Origin: Dipteris shenzhenensis
Taxonomy: Eukaryota
Direction: 5' to 3' (one strand)
Length of the DNA: 64,000 bases
Assembly: GCA_047967505.1 (NCBI GenBank)
Contig: CM106538.1
How positions within the stretch are numbered: the first letter of the stretch is position 1; each line of letters opens with the position of its first letter. The notes under the pieces were generated by a model. It was given only the letters and a program-made list of their open reading frames with translations. It ran no database searches and was not told the DNA's origin. Made by a program: the position numbers and the translations under genes. This document shows, in pieces, positions 39,501-53,892 of this stretch.

Positions 39501-41617
39501 ATTGGCTTTATTTTCCCAATTCTGATATGTTGGTCTTCTCATCTGGTTAGCATTCTCATTTACCCGTACTTGATTGGCTATAGGTGGTTGTGTCATTGCT
39601 ATAGCAGCTTGCATGTGAGGAGGCAACTACCCCCTATAATTCAGATTGTACCAGCAATTGGCACTGTCATGATCTCGTTTGAGGCAAAACTCACATTGAG
39701 CTTTCTCAGATGAACCGGCTTCTGATAGCCCCATACTTTTCAAATGTTTTTTGATCTTTTTCTCTAGCTTTTCATCACTTGAGGAAGCTTTTGCCTTTTT
39801 CTTGGACTTGGAACTCCCCTTGGACTTTCCCTTCTTAGATTCCTTTTTTCTTTTTCTCTTGGACTTCATGTCCTCATCATCCGAAGCATCCGAATCATCT
39901 TCCTTGGACTTGGATTCCACATCATCATCCTCACTATCAGTGTCAGAGTCTTCGTCCGAATCTATGTCCGAATCTGAATCCTCTGCATCCTTCTTTTTCC
40001 CCTTCTTTGATTTGCTTTTGGTCATACCAATTCTTCATTCTGCATGCTATGACCATGTCGGCTCCTACCAACGTATCCCTTCCTACCATAGCACTTCTCA
40101 ATTCCTTATTTAACCCTTTGCAGAAGTAATCCCCCAATTGTTCCTCAGTTAGTCTTTGAGCGGTGGCTAGCCTTTGGTTTAGATTTCGAAACTTTTGGGC
40201 ATAGTCTTCTACCAACAGATCCTTCTGTTTCAATTATTGAAGTTTCTTGAGGATTGCTTCTGGTGTTTTCTCCTGTCAGAATCTTGATAGAAAAGCTTGT
40301 TTCAAAGCATCATAATCCGGAAAGTGATTCATACCATATTGAATGAACCAACTCATGGCCTTGCCTACCAAGGTTGCTGCCAATTGTTCCTTCTTGACCG
40401 CATCGCCAAGCTGATCTTCGAAACAACTTGCTACCCATCGGGTCTCAAATTGCCCAATGTGACTATTAGGGTCTTGTTTTGTCTTGCCATTGAATTTAGT
40501 AGAGTGGGCTCTGGGGTTCTACATGTTGACTGCTGGATTGATTGGAACTACTAGTTTTGCTCTCCTTGTGCGGGGTTTGCTCAAGAGTGGATCAAACAAT
40601 TGCCTTTGCGCTTCTACATACAGCCCAACTGCTGTGTGGCACCCAAAAGTTTCTCGAATGAAGGATCCTGATGGAGACCATGTGAGATATTATGCATTAA
40701 CTGCATCTTGGTATTCTAAACTTCCTCCAGAACTAGTGGAAGGATCTTCACCAGATGTGTTACCAGGAACCCAGTCTTCATCTTTCGAACTCGGAGCAGT
40801 TTCATCCAATTCTGGCTGGATTTCGAATGGTTCACCTACCTCTTCCTGCGTTCCAATCGTCTCACTAGGTGCTTCCTCATTTGAATCAAGATGGCCCCTT
40901 GCCCGAGCCCTTGTAAAATAGAGACGATTGATACACCGAGTTGATGACTCTATTTCCTCCATGTCTAATATCTGCTACCACTCTCTCCATGAACATTCTA
41001 TGAGATTGCTCGACTCCTTCTCCCTTTGGACTCCTTCTCCCTTTGGTCTTTAGATTGAATTATCTATGCCAACCTCAATGCTCCTCGACATTTCCATCCA
41101 TGATTTCTCTTGCAAGGAATTCTCACCTCTTCTATTGCAAATTGCGGATTAATTCCCACACATTGCTGATAATCTCTTGAAGTGCTTCACAGTTCCCACC
41201 ATTCATAGTTGTTTGTTGGAGGTTCCTTAGCACCTGGAGAGCATGGTAGAGAATATTGATTTCTCCCTGCAAGTGTTGGAGGTTCTTGTTCCACAAACTA
41301 GATGTTATGTGTGCACGTTCTACCACATACACTCCGCTTCCATAGTATTTGCACGAAGGAGCCATCTGCTCTCTCTTCTCATATTCATGATTGAAAATGG
41401 CTAATTTCTTTGTAGCGTTGGATTGCTTATAGGCGTGGATTGTGTTGACTTAATCTCTTTGATCATTAATTGTCTCAAGATTCAATTCATTCATTTTGAT
41501 TGTCCATCCCCTTGTAGGTAGAATGCCTGTAGCTTCGACATGTTGACTGTCTTCTTCGTCTTTCAAATCCTTTGCCACCTTCGGTCGAAATGCCCAATTT
41601 ATTTGCAGGATCGCTAG

Positions 41618-42028
41618 TGTAACAGGTAGAGATTAGATCCCAAAACCTACCTATTAGTAGAAATATAGCATCTTCAAGTATGCATTCAGAACTTTCGAAA
41701 GAGAACACATCAACTCAAGATCGAGTGCAACATAGATAATCGATTAAGGTAAACAACTACATATTTCTTGTATTGCAAATGCTTCTGTCACAACAACATA
41801 TATAGAATAGGCATAAAATTGGACAACAACATCATATCCGCATTCAGAATATTGTATGATAGGTATATGAATTGAACAACTAACTTCCTACATATTATAG
41901 TTGCTTATTAATTTGCAGACGTGCCTCATCTTCGATTTCACAACTAACTCCCATTAAGGTTTCCTATACATCCTATATCATTGTTAAAGATAAATAGTTC
42001 ATAAATGTGTTTGAGCTACATGCCCACA
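41618..42028 (-). repeat. 5' LTR of Gypsy A
   Basis: Repeat of 24295-24719. Followed on the minus strand by a degenerate PBS-like TAGCGATCC (~41608-41616). Confidence 0.85.
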
Positions 42029-42033
42029 CTACC

Positions 42034-42384
42034 CATGTTCTTGAATCATTAATTTTCTTAGAGCAATTGTTAAAGGAGCCCATCTACTTTCTGCACTTGT
42101 GAAGTTCACAAAGAATGTTGGAGGTCCCAACTTTCTGATCATTGTGAATACCTGTTTGCGAAGGTGTTCCAAATTGTCTGGCGTTGTTGGATCGTCCCGA
42201 TATCCTATATCTGATTGTAGAAATTCATCTAAATTAGGCTTTTTTTTAACGTCTTTTGCTATGAGTTCCCGTCCTTGTAGTTTTGCTTTTTGTATACGTA
42301 TCCATGCAGATCTTGCAATGTTTTTGGAAAGTATACTTATTGCCTTGAAAAAAAGACTTGGTATTTGTAAAGCATGGCATCTGT
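42034..42384 (-). mobile_element. Helitron middle piece (Helitron_like_N region)
   Basis: Minus strand reads QVFTMIRKLGPPTFFVNFTSAESRW... and joins in frame, via a TAG codon at the TSD, to DTKETYVHELIRNDP at 24289. Confidence 0.88.
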
Positions 42385-45300
42385 CTTTGTGTTAAGGCAT
42401 AAACACATGGGTTTAGCCTTACATGGGGAATGCCAAGAGACCCATGTGTGTGGGGATAGCAAGGGGTGCATGGTGTGGGCAACGAAGGGGCATTATCCTC
42501 TATATATATATTCATATATGCAGCGGTTAATACAATCAGTTACATTCTTCCTTATTCCTTGTGTTGTATCTTCTTGATCAGAGTTTTGAGAGTCTCTTGT
42601 GGGTTCATTCCCTATAGGGGCCAAGGGCCTCTACACATTGGTGGCCACAACATTCTTGCTCATTGACCTTGGGATGAATCAAGCATAAGCTGCACATGAT
42701 TCTAATGTGCTATGATCTTTGCCAACAATCCGATCTAAAGACTTTGGTTGGGAGTGTTGTCACTGGGTCCTCGATTTTGCAAACCACAAAGCAAGATACA
42801 TGGTTATGGAGGCGAGCATGGTGCAAAGGCCATCCAGAGTGGATGGAAATGGGTGCACTTAGTGTTCGATTCATTCTACCATGTTCTCTTGGTGGTATCG
42901 TGTTCTGGATTTTGAAGTCTTTCTGATGCTGAAGTTGCTGCTGCGACTAGAGGTTGGCATCATCTTGGGCCTTCTACTATACTATGGCCTTCTCGTACGT
43001 GATGCAGCCATTGAGGCTTCTGTGAGACTACAGATGGTAGCCTTGGTATAGTATTCTATTTGCAGTTGTTGCCTATGAGAAGTTACACCTAGTGACCACA
43101 AGGAGCTGACTTTACTACTATTGTTGATTCTATCCAACGGGGAGCAAGAAGCTTGTGAGGAAGGACTATCTAGACAGAGAACAAGACATCGATCATTGAC
43201 ACCAATTTGGCTGTTTGTGGAGCCATACTATTATATCTTGCAAATAAATGCCTATATCTTCTAGGTTTGAAGATGCGCCAAGCTATTGTGGTGGATGATC
43301 TCGTGCAAAATGCATTGCCCATCACAAAGTTGAGTTGAACCTGTGGTCTTTCATGACTATCACGAGGGTGCTGAATTTGGCACTGCAAGCGATGGACCGG
43401 GCTAATAGAGAGGCAACCAGAATATAGTGAGGCACCACAAAGGAGTTGGATTTCCATAGCCTTGGCTTTGTAGGAGTGCAATTGATGTCAATTGCGGTGG
43501 TCGAGTCATGTTGAGCTTTAATATCAGTGAATACTGAACATTTACACATGAATCCACGGATGGGATAGTCGTGTTAGGGTGGCAGAACTGACTCCTGATC
43601 CAACAGAAGGGACCAAGGTAGTGCCTTAGGGTGGTTTGTGAGAGAAAGCCATGTTAAGAGGAAGTGCAATGCCTTGGGTGGAAGGTGTACAAAGATGTTC
43701 TCTTGGCCATCATCGGAGGGCATTGAATGCAAGTTGATTGCAAATATGTAAGTTATAGTTTGGTGTTGCTACACTGATTCATCGATGGGGTGCACACAAC
43801 GAAAATGAATAGCAGAGGGAAGATTGGTGATCATGTTGCTACAAACGAATATCAATGCATGAAAATTTTCATGCTACATGTATTGCAAGCAAAACATGGC
43901 ACCCAAGCCTAATTGAAGCAGCCATGGTTACGACCAAGACCAAGATGTTGAAGATGCCAGAAGCATGAGGACACGATGACTCAAACTGAGCTTTTGATGG
44001 GTGTAGAGAGATGGCTTGCCTTGCAACTAGGGAGAAGTGGCCTACTATAAGCAAAAGAGAGATCCAAACGTAGTTGGACTCAGATACCGCATGCAGGGTC
44101 ATGTTGCCAAGCCATATTAGCTAGTGCAAAGTCATGCAATTGTAGCATGCAGAGAATCAAAGGGTGAATTCGGTTTTGCTTATGGTTCAAGGGTTGTGGT
44201 GGCCTATGCAAACTGCCACCATGGTCAAAATCCATAACACAATGCCCGGCTATAATTTGCCACACTCAATGTAGCACCCCAGTGCGGGAGGGCTTGTACA
44301 ATACCCATAGGATGGACGAATTGACCTCATGGTGCTTGTTGTAAATGAAGGCAATCATTTGTGGACTTTCTGTGCTACGGGTGGAAAATGCTTGTGCAAA
44401 TGTTGTTGTTGCTGGTGGTGATCTACAATGAATGCTACATGCCCAAGGAATTTGCAATGGTTATGAAGCACAATTGATGCGGGTCAGCATCAATTACAGA
44501 GGAAGATGATCAAAGATTTTGGAAGTGTACTGGAAGCCAGATGTAGAAGATCATCCAAATACAAGCACATCCTATCTCAAGACAATGTGAACTATGCTAA
44601 TAAATACACTGACGAAGATAATGCCAAGTTTTCTAACAATGATGCACAGTATTCATGATGAAGTTGGGTTGTCGATTCACAATGGTGCATGGTAAATGGT
44701 GACATGAAGTCAGTGGGCTGGTTGCTACATTTCTTTTGTAACTTGATTCTATCATTATCACACACTTGAAGGTTTTCTCCAAGGATAACCAAGAGAGGTC
44801 TTATCATTGAGAGAGGCCTAATAGGGTGAGGAGGCCATATCGACATGAGAGATCAGATGGAGCGCTTCCACCAAGAGTTCGGTTCTTTGCAAGCAAGAGG
44901 ACTTTTTGTGGGGGTTGTAGTCAAGAAGCCGGAGTGGTGTGGCGGTTGTGTTGGAACTATGTATTTGCAAAGTGTGCAACACACCATGTCTACTCTTTTA
45001 TCTAAAGATTTTTTTCCTGTGCACTCATAGGTTCTCTGCCTCGGCTATGCCTAAAATGATTATACTCCTTTGCACATGCACATATCGCATCTGACTTCTA
45101 CTCATGCGCATTGTGGATTCACACAATCCACTGTGAGTGCCATGTGTTAAGGCATAAACACATGGGTTTAGCCTTACATGGGGAATGAGAGTGCTCTCAA
45201 CGGAAGCAAGAACGGAAGAAGGAGAGAAAGAGAGAGAGAGAGAGAGACAGAGAACCACACAAGTTTTGGTGGGTGCAGAACCACCCTAATCTTCTTTTTA

Positions 45301-45932
45301 ATTCATTTATATATGTGTTTGAGTATTGTACATAACTGGGGTAAAGGCACAGTGACCTTTAACCCCCATAACCTCCCACTTAAAGGACAATGTGCCTTTA
45401 AGGGAGAACAACCAGTGAGCATACTATCCAATGCTCATCAATACATGACAATACTCAAACCGCTGACTACGTAGACTCTTCGTTAGCATATCTACAGGGT
45501 TATCATCTGTATGAACCTTGACAAGCGCTATGCGCTTGTCCTCAAGTACCTCCCTGATGAAATGGTACTTGACCTCAATGTGTTTGGTCTTTGCATGAAA
45601 GACCAGATTCTGTGCTAGCTGAATAGCACTCATGGAATCACTATGCAATGTCGGTACACCTGTATGAATCCCCAAATCTCCCACTAGCCGATCAAGCCAT
45701 ATAGCCTCCTTGCAACCCTCTGTGGCTGCAACATACTCAGCCTCTATGGTAGACAAAGCAACGCACTTCTGTGCATGAGACATCCACGACACTGCACCAC
45801 CTGCAAAGGTGAACACATAACCAGAAGTGGATCTCCTACTATCCACATGCCCTGCATAGTCTGAATCTGTGTACCCAAGTACACGCATGTCTCCTCTACC
45901 AAAGCAGATGCACATCTCCTTGGTACCCTTCA

Positions 45933-48900
45933 TGTTGAGATATCAAGCTCTATCCCCGACATATCTCCTGGATGACTATCATTGGATGACTATCATTTAT
46001 GTCACCGCCTATGTTAGTTGTACTCGTGGTGTAGTTAGACTACCACGTATGTTTTTGGTTTGGGTTCACATATGAACCACGTATTCTAGGTTTTGACATA
46101 TAGGGTATTTCCCTCTTCTATTGTATTGTTGTTGTGTGCAAAAGTGAAGAAAGGCTTCACCCTCCAACCTTGTGTCCTCTCTCTTTTGTGTGTAGTGAAG
46201 AAAGCTGAACTTGAGTCTCCTATCTCTCTCCCTTTTTCTTTACATGGTATCAGAGCCTTGTTCGTGGTAAGGAGCTCAAGAAAGCTAGCCAAGTTTGTGA
46301 TGTCCTGGTAAGAGGACCAGTGTAGCTTTCCTATTTCGAGTTTGGGAGCAAATCTCTGCAGGTAGCACAGCCAGAAGTGCAGGAGTGGACTGCTTCAGAT
46401 TGAGAGGCCCTTCGCGGTGCGGCGAGAGCGCAGTATATGCTGCGGGAGAAGGCAAGCCCTCGGCGACTTTATTTTTCTGATTTGAGGCCGTTTCGGGGCC
46501 CGTTTTGAAGGCGGAAGTTCTTCGCAGGCACTCAGAAAAAGGCCCTGTTTTTGCTGTGCGACCACCACGCGGCTAGTCGGTGGAAAGGTGCCACAGAAAT
46601 TGCATCGTATGCCTATGTGCAGAGATATTGGGAGTTGCAGATTCATGCCTGTTGCCTGTTGATGCAAAATCGTCACGAGGAAGTGACTGTGTGGTGAAAT
46701 ACCACTTTCGTCAGTGTTGCAGATCTGCCCCTGTGAGGCTCTTTGCAGAAGTTTTGCTATTTGCCCTTCTGAGGCATTTGCTGTGTTTACAGGTTGCTGT
46801 TGCAATTCGTGATTTGTAAAATGTCTGAGAATCTATCTACCATTGTCAGTGAGAAGCTTGACAAGAACAACTTCCAAGCATGGAAGTTCAGGATGACAAA
46901 CTTCTTTATGGGAAAGGGAGTTTGGGATTACATCAGTGGTGAAACTGCAGAACCAGTTTTGGGTGCTGCTCCCACTCCTGCTGAATTGAAGGCCTTTAAA
47001 GAATGGCATGAAAAAGCCAGAAAATGCCTGTATTGGCTGTCCGTTAGCATTTCAGATTCTATGATTGTGCATATACAGGATCTAGAGACGCCTAAGGAGG
47101 AATGGGATACATTGGTGAAGCTGTATAGCACAAATACCAAAGCACGAAAGATGCAGCTAAAGCAGGAGTTGCACAATGTGCAAAGGAAAAATATGAATAT
47201 AAATGAGTATTCCTTGAAGGTGAAAGGCCTTGCAGATTCTCTTGCCTCCATTGGAGCACCTGTTGATGATGAGGACTTAGTGTCCGTGACCTTGAATGGT
47301 CTTGGGAAAGATTATGCACAATTTCGGACATCCATTGGAGTCCGTGAAACATTTCCTGATTTTCAGGAACTTATTGCTCTCTTGCTGAGTGAAGAGCAAA
47401 GGAATGGTGGTTCAGCCACCTCAACTTCTCAAGAGACTGCTTTCTACTCGAATACAGGTAGAGGCAGGGGTAGAGGAAGAGGCCGTTCTGGTGGCCGTGC
47501 AGGAAATCAGAACCAACAGCAACAACAGGAAAACCAGTCCTATGGAGGAGGACGTGGTAGTTCTAGAGGCAGGGGGAGCCAAAGAGGCCATGGTTCATGG
47601 CAAAGGAACCAGCAAGTAAATAGCAGCACAGAATGCTATTATTGTTGAAAGCCTAGACACAAGGAGAATACATGCTATAAAAAGCAGAATGACATCAAAA
47701 GTGGAAAGTTGCAGCAAAGCAACTATGCATCATCAAGTGGGCATGGTGACGACAGAAATGAGCACCTTTTTGTGATGCAGCATATGGTTAACTCCATGTC
47801 AGGAGATGCTGCAGCTTGCAATGATGTTTGGTATGTTGATTCAGGTGCCTCTAACCACATGACCAGTCATGGTGAGTGGTTTCATGATGTCAGAAATTTG
47901 GATAAGCCAGGTTATGTTGAAACAGGTGATGATACTGCGCACCCAATTACGCAGGTTGGTAAAGTGCCATTGGCTATGCAGGATGGCAAAACAAAGTACT
48001 TGGCAGATGTACTTCATGTTGCAAAAATCACTAAGAACCTGGTTTCAGTTGGCCAGATGGTTGAGCAAGGTCTGCAGGTTAGATTTAACCCTGATGGATG
48101 CTTCGTTGAGGACTTGAAAAATAAGTGCCGCTTGGTTGCGAAAGGCAACAAAAATGGCAGAATGTTCACCTTGGATGTTGATATGCCTGAGGTGAAAGCT
48201 GCTATGTTTGCGCATGGGAGAGGTGTCATTGCAGATATTGAGATATGGCACAAGCGCATTGGGCACGTGAATATACAAAGGCTGAAATCTATGCAAACGA
48301 AAAACATTGTTGCAGGTTTGCCTAAATTCAGAGTTGAGGGAATGCAAAAGGTATGTGAAGCATGCCAAATGGGTAAGCAGGCCAGACATGCATTTCCCAA
48401 AAATGCTAAGGTGAGCAGAAGACCTTTGGAAGTGATCCATTCAGATGTTTGGACAACCAAAGCTGCTTCTATTGGTGGATGCCATTATTATGTGACGTTT
48501 ATTGATGACTACACTAGGAAGGTGTGGATTTATTTTATGAAGCACAAAAGTGAAGTGTTCAGCCATTTCAAGGCTTTTAAGGCCATGGTTGAAAAAGAGA
48601 AAGGTGTGCATATTAAAGTGCTAAGATCTGATGGAGGGGGAGAGTACTTTTCAGAAGAATTTTGTGAATATCTGAAAGAACAGGGAATTCAAAGGAAGTA
48701 CTCATGCAGGTCTACCCCTCAGCAGAATGGGGTTGCAGAAAGGAAGAACAGGCATATTGCAGAAGTAGGACAGGCGATCCTAAATGAGAAAAACATGCCT
48801 GATTATTTTTGGGCTGAAGCAGTAGCAACTGCTGTTTATATTATGAACAGAACCCCCACTGCAGCTGTCCATGGCATGACGCCTGAAGAAATGTATACAG

Positions 48901-51430
48901 GTCAAAAACCAGATATTTCTCACTTGAAGGTATTTGGTTGCATAGCTTATGTTCATGTTCCTGATGAGAAGAGAACAAAGCTGGATCCAAAGGCAGAAAA
49001 ATGCATCTTTATTGGATATGCTCAGCACCAGAAAGGGTATCGCTGTTATAACCCTTCCACCCGCAAAATGCAAGTGAGCAGAGATGTTGTTTTTGATGAA
49101 ATGAGCAGCTGGTATGCACCAACTGTTATGGTAGGAGATGCAGATGCAGGAAATGGGAATGCTGCAATAAATGCAGAGCAGCAATCTCAAGCCTTGAGTG
49201 GACCCAGAGAGTCCTCTACTAGTGGATCTAATGCATGGACAGGGAGATTGAGATCTAGTGAATCGTCACATGGCAGTCCTGATAGTGTTGTGCAGGTATC
49301 ACATAAGGGAAAAGAAAAAGTGGACCATGCTCCAGTGTTTGATGTGTCTGCTGGTAGCTCTCATGTTGATGGAGAGTCAAGTGGCTCTGAAATGAGCCTT
49401 GATGAGGAACTTGGGATTCCTTCTGTTGTTACACCTGGTGCAAGGAAAAGCAGGCATGATTTAAAGACTCCTGCAACTGATCCAGTTGTACGGAGGTCCA
49501 CTCGTATTAAGTATCCAGTTGACAGGCTGAGATATGATGGGTATACAGCACATCACTATGCTTATATGGTCAAGGTTCTAGAGGAGCCAGAGCCCACATG
49601 TTTTGAGGATGCAGCAGGGCATAAAAATTGGGAAGCAGCTATGGATGAAGAGATGGCTGCCTTGGATGCAAACCACACTTGGGATTTGATGCCTTTGCCT
49701 CATGATAAGAAGGCTATTGGCTGCAAGTGGGTTTACAAAGTAAAGCACAATGCTGATGGGTCTGTTAGCAGGTACAAGGCAAGATTGGTTGCCAAAGGTT
49801 TTGCACAGACATATGGAATTGACTATGAGGAAACTTTCAGCCCAGTTGCAAGGATGGCAACCGTGAGAGCAGTAATTGCTATGGCTGCTGCAAAGGGATG
49901 GTCTTTGCATCAGATGGATGTGAAAAATGCCTTCTTGCATGGTGACTTGCAGGAAGAGGTTTATATGATGTAGCCAGAAGGTTATGAGGATAAAGCACAC
50001 CCCGATTTTGTATGCAGGTTGCGCAAAGCCTTGTATGGCTTAAAACAGGCGCCGAGGGCATGGTCAGACAAGATAGGGCAATATCTTGTCACTATTGGAT
50101 TTCAGATTTCCAATTCAGTTTTTTCACTTTATGTGAAAAGGACAAACAGAGGGATTGTGCTTATAGTCATCTATGTTGATGACTTGATTATTACAGGTGA
50201 TAGTGATGCAGACATTAATGAAGTGAAGCTGCTATTGAAGCAGAAATTTGAGATGAAGGATTTGGGAGAGCTGCGTTACTTCTTGGGCATTGAGGTTATT
50301 AGATCCCCGAGTGGGATATGGCTGTTGCAAAGGCAATACGGTTTGGACATGCTGTCCAAATATGGGATGACAAGCTGTAAGCCTATCTCTGTTCCATTGG
50401 AGCAGAATGTGAAGCTCAATGCAGAGTCAGGTGAGCTTCTTGAAGATATTACTATGTACAGGCGCATAGTAGGTAGCTTGATTTACATGACTATAACCCG
50501 ACCAGATTTGAGCTATGCTGTGGGGCTGGTGAGTCAGTTTATGCAGGCACCAAGGAAGCCACATTTGGATGCGGCTAGGCGCATACTGCGGTATGTGAAG
50601 TCCACATTGCATTATGGACTGTTTTATGAAGCTGGGTGTGCATTACAGGTACATGGATACACAGATGCTGACTGGGCTGGTAGTGTCTCAGACAGGAGAT
50701 CTACTAGTGGTTTTATGTTTTCCCTTGGGAGTGGTGCCATCAGTTGGAGCAGCAAGAAGCAGCCAACAGTTGCCTTGTCGAGCACAGAGGCTGAGTACAG
50801 GGGTGCAGCAATGGCTGCATGTGAGGTAGCTTGGTTACGGAAGCTACTTGCAGATATGGGACAGTCAGTTCATGCAGCAGTTGTCATTCATTGTGACAAC
50901 ATTAGCAGCATCATGCTTGCTAATAACCCAGTTTATCATGCTAGAACGAAGCACATTGAGGTGCATTATCACTTTGTGAGAGAGAAGGTTCTAGCTGGTG
51001 AGATTGATCTTGTCTATGTCAGCACTGAGGAGCAGGTGGCTGATATCTTTACGAAGGCATTGGGTACCGAGAAGCTTCGCAGATTTAGGAGCTTGCTTGG
51101 TGTACGTGAGATGATTTGAGCTTGAGGGGGAGTGTTGAGATATCAAGCTCTATCCCCGACATATCTCCTGGATGACTATCATTTATGTCACTGCCTATGT
51201 TAGTTGTACTCGTGGTGTAGTTAGACTACCACGTATGTTTTTGGTTTGGGTTCACATATGAACCACGTATTCTAGGTTTTGACATATAGGGTATTTCCCT
51301 CTTCTATTGTATTGTTGTTGTGTGCAAAAGTGAAGAAAGGCTTCACCCTCCAACCTTGTGTCCTCTCTCTTTTGTGTGTAGTGAAGAAAGCTGAACTTGA
51401 GTCTCCTATCTCTCTCCCTTTTTCTTTACA
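45933..51430 (+). mobile_element. Young, full-length Ty1/Copia retrotransposon E, inserted in RT-RNase H region of Copia C
   Basis: LTRs 45933-46244 and 51133-51430, differing by one substitution and a 14-bp duplication that I could see; perfect TSD CTTCA; PBS at 46245-46256; PPT GAGGGGGAG at 51124-51132. Confidence 0.97.
46821..51119 (+). pseudogene. Copia E gag-pol polyprotein, single frame with two premature stops (47646 TGA, 49971 TAG)
   Basis: ORFs 46794..47648, 47709..49973 and 50019..51119 share one frame. Motifs: [19 protein letters not shown]...CEAC, integrase core, YVDD, DADW. Confidence 0.95.
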
Positions 51431-53892
51431 CTTCATGTACCTCATGATGCACTTAACTGCCTCCCAATGCCTCTTTCCTGGATTAGCCATATACCGGCTA
51501 ACAACTCCCACTGCAAATGCAATGTCTGGTCTAGTAGCTATCATAGCATACATAAGACTCCCAATTGCTGATGCATAAGGAACCTTGGCCATCATGGCCC
51601 TCTCCTCATCTGATTTGGGACTATTTGTATGTATGACTCAGTTTCACATATGGAGGCAATGGAGTACTCACTGCCTTCCCCCCCTCCATATTGAAACGCC
51701 GCAATACTTTTGTAACATACTCTTTTTGTGAAAGCCAAAGGAGTTTCCTACTCCGATCACACGTGATGCGCATACCAAGAATATGACCTGCAAATCCCAA
51801 ATTCTTCATATCAAAGGCCTCATGCAGCTTGGCCTTTAATGCGTATTCTTGCTAGCCAATAGCATATCATCCACATATAGTGCCAAGATTATCAAGCCAT
51901 TATCCTTAGCCCTTTTAGTGTAGAGACAATGATCAATTTCACTCCTTCTAAAACCCTGGGACCAAATGAAAGCATCAAACTTCTGATACCATTCTCTAGG
52001 CGCTTGCTTAAGACCATAGAGACTCTTCTTCAGCTTGCAAACTAAATTCTCTTTGCCCTTTTCTTCAAAGCCTTCCGGCTGCACCATGTAAATTTCCTCA
52101 TGAAAATCCCCATGCAAGAAAGATGTCTTGACATCCATCTACATAAGCTCCATATCCTCTGATGCCACTAGTCCAAGCATGCATCTAAGTGTGGTCATCT
52201 TCACAATTGGAGAGAATATCTCATCAAATTCCACACCCTTCTCTTGCTTGAACCCTTTAGCGACCAAACGGGCCTTGTACCTAGGTACATCATCACCTGT
52301 GACCTTCATTTTGTAGACCCATTCACATGGCAATGCTTTCTTTCCATGTGGCAAAGAAACCAAGTCCCAAGTCTTATTCTTCATAAGTGAACTTATCTCT
52401 GATTGCATAGCACACTCCCACTTGCATTGATCCTCGCGCATCATAGCCTCTCTATAGCAAGAAGGCTCCCTGCAATCAGTAAGCATCACATAGTCTACCC
52501 CTAGAACAAACCTATCTGGTGGTCTAGACACTCTAGATGATCTTCTCAAGGGCATTTCAGCTTGCTATCCCACCTGCATATCAGCCACATTTGGCTCATC
52601 ATTTCCACCAATAGATGATGTCTTGCACATTTGGTGCATGGACAGCTTGCTGTCTATCAACATATGCAGGTGGATTCACATCCTAGAAAGTGATTCTCCT
52701 CATTTCCACATCCCTCATGGGTGCCTTGTGCATCTTTTTCTCATTGAAGACTACATCATGGCTGCATATGATCTTCTTTGCTTTTGGATCCTAGAGACGA
52801 TAGCCCATCTCTCCACTTTCACCATAACCTAGAAAGATGCATTTCCTAGACTTAGGATCTAGCTTCTTTTGAAGCTCTTTTGGCACATGTGCATATGCCT
52901 CACACCCAAATATATGCAAATGAGAGTAAGAGGGCTTCTTGCCACTCCATGCCTCTTCAAGAATACCACCATCCAAACTCTTACTAGGTGATCTATTGAT
53001 CACATGCACTGCAGTCTTCATTGCCTCAGCCCAAAAACCACCAGAAAGACTTGCATTGGAAAGCATGCATTGCAACCTTTCTTGAATGGTATGGTTCATC
53101 TTTTCTGCAACTGGATTTTGTTCTGGAGTACGAGGGGATGTGAGCTCCCTCTTAATCCCATGTGTATCATAGAAATGCTGAAAGTCATGAGAGAGATACT
53201 CTCCACCATTGTCAGTCCGTAGGCATTTAAGTGTTCTACCTGACTGATTCTCAACCGATTCTCAACCAAGGCCAGCCATTTTTGAAATACCTAGAACACA
53301 TCACTCTTCCGAGCTATAGCATAAGCCCACACTTTCCTAGTTGCATCATCAATGAATGTCACATAGTATTCAGCCCCGCCTAATGACTGTGTAGGCATGG
53401 GACCACATACATCTGAATGCACCAAATCAAGAATTTCAAACTCTTTCTTTCCCCTTCTTTTATGGGCTGATTTAGTCTGCTTCTCATAGAGACAATGCTC
53501 ACAAAATTCAAAATCAGAGAAACTCAAATGCAGTACATAACCCAAATGGCATAAGAGTTTCATTCCATTCTGGCTCATGTGCCCCAACTTGCAATACCAC
53601 AAAGAAGTGCTTGGCTGCGCGGTTATTGCAAAATCATGATCAAATACCCCTGATACATGTAAGGGATACAAAGTCCCACACTTGGCACCGCTGGCCAAAA
53701 GCATGGAGCCCTTCTGAATTTTCCAACTCTGAAAGCCAAAAGTGTTGTGAAAACCAGCATCATCTAGCTGACCCACTGAAATAAGACTCTTGGTCAGCTT
53801 AGGCACATGTCTCACATGTTTCAAAACAAATGCAGACCCATTTGCAAAAGAAAACTTTATGTCACCTGCTCCCACTATGTCACATGCATAGT

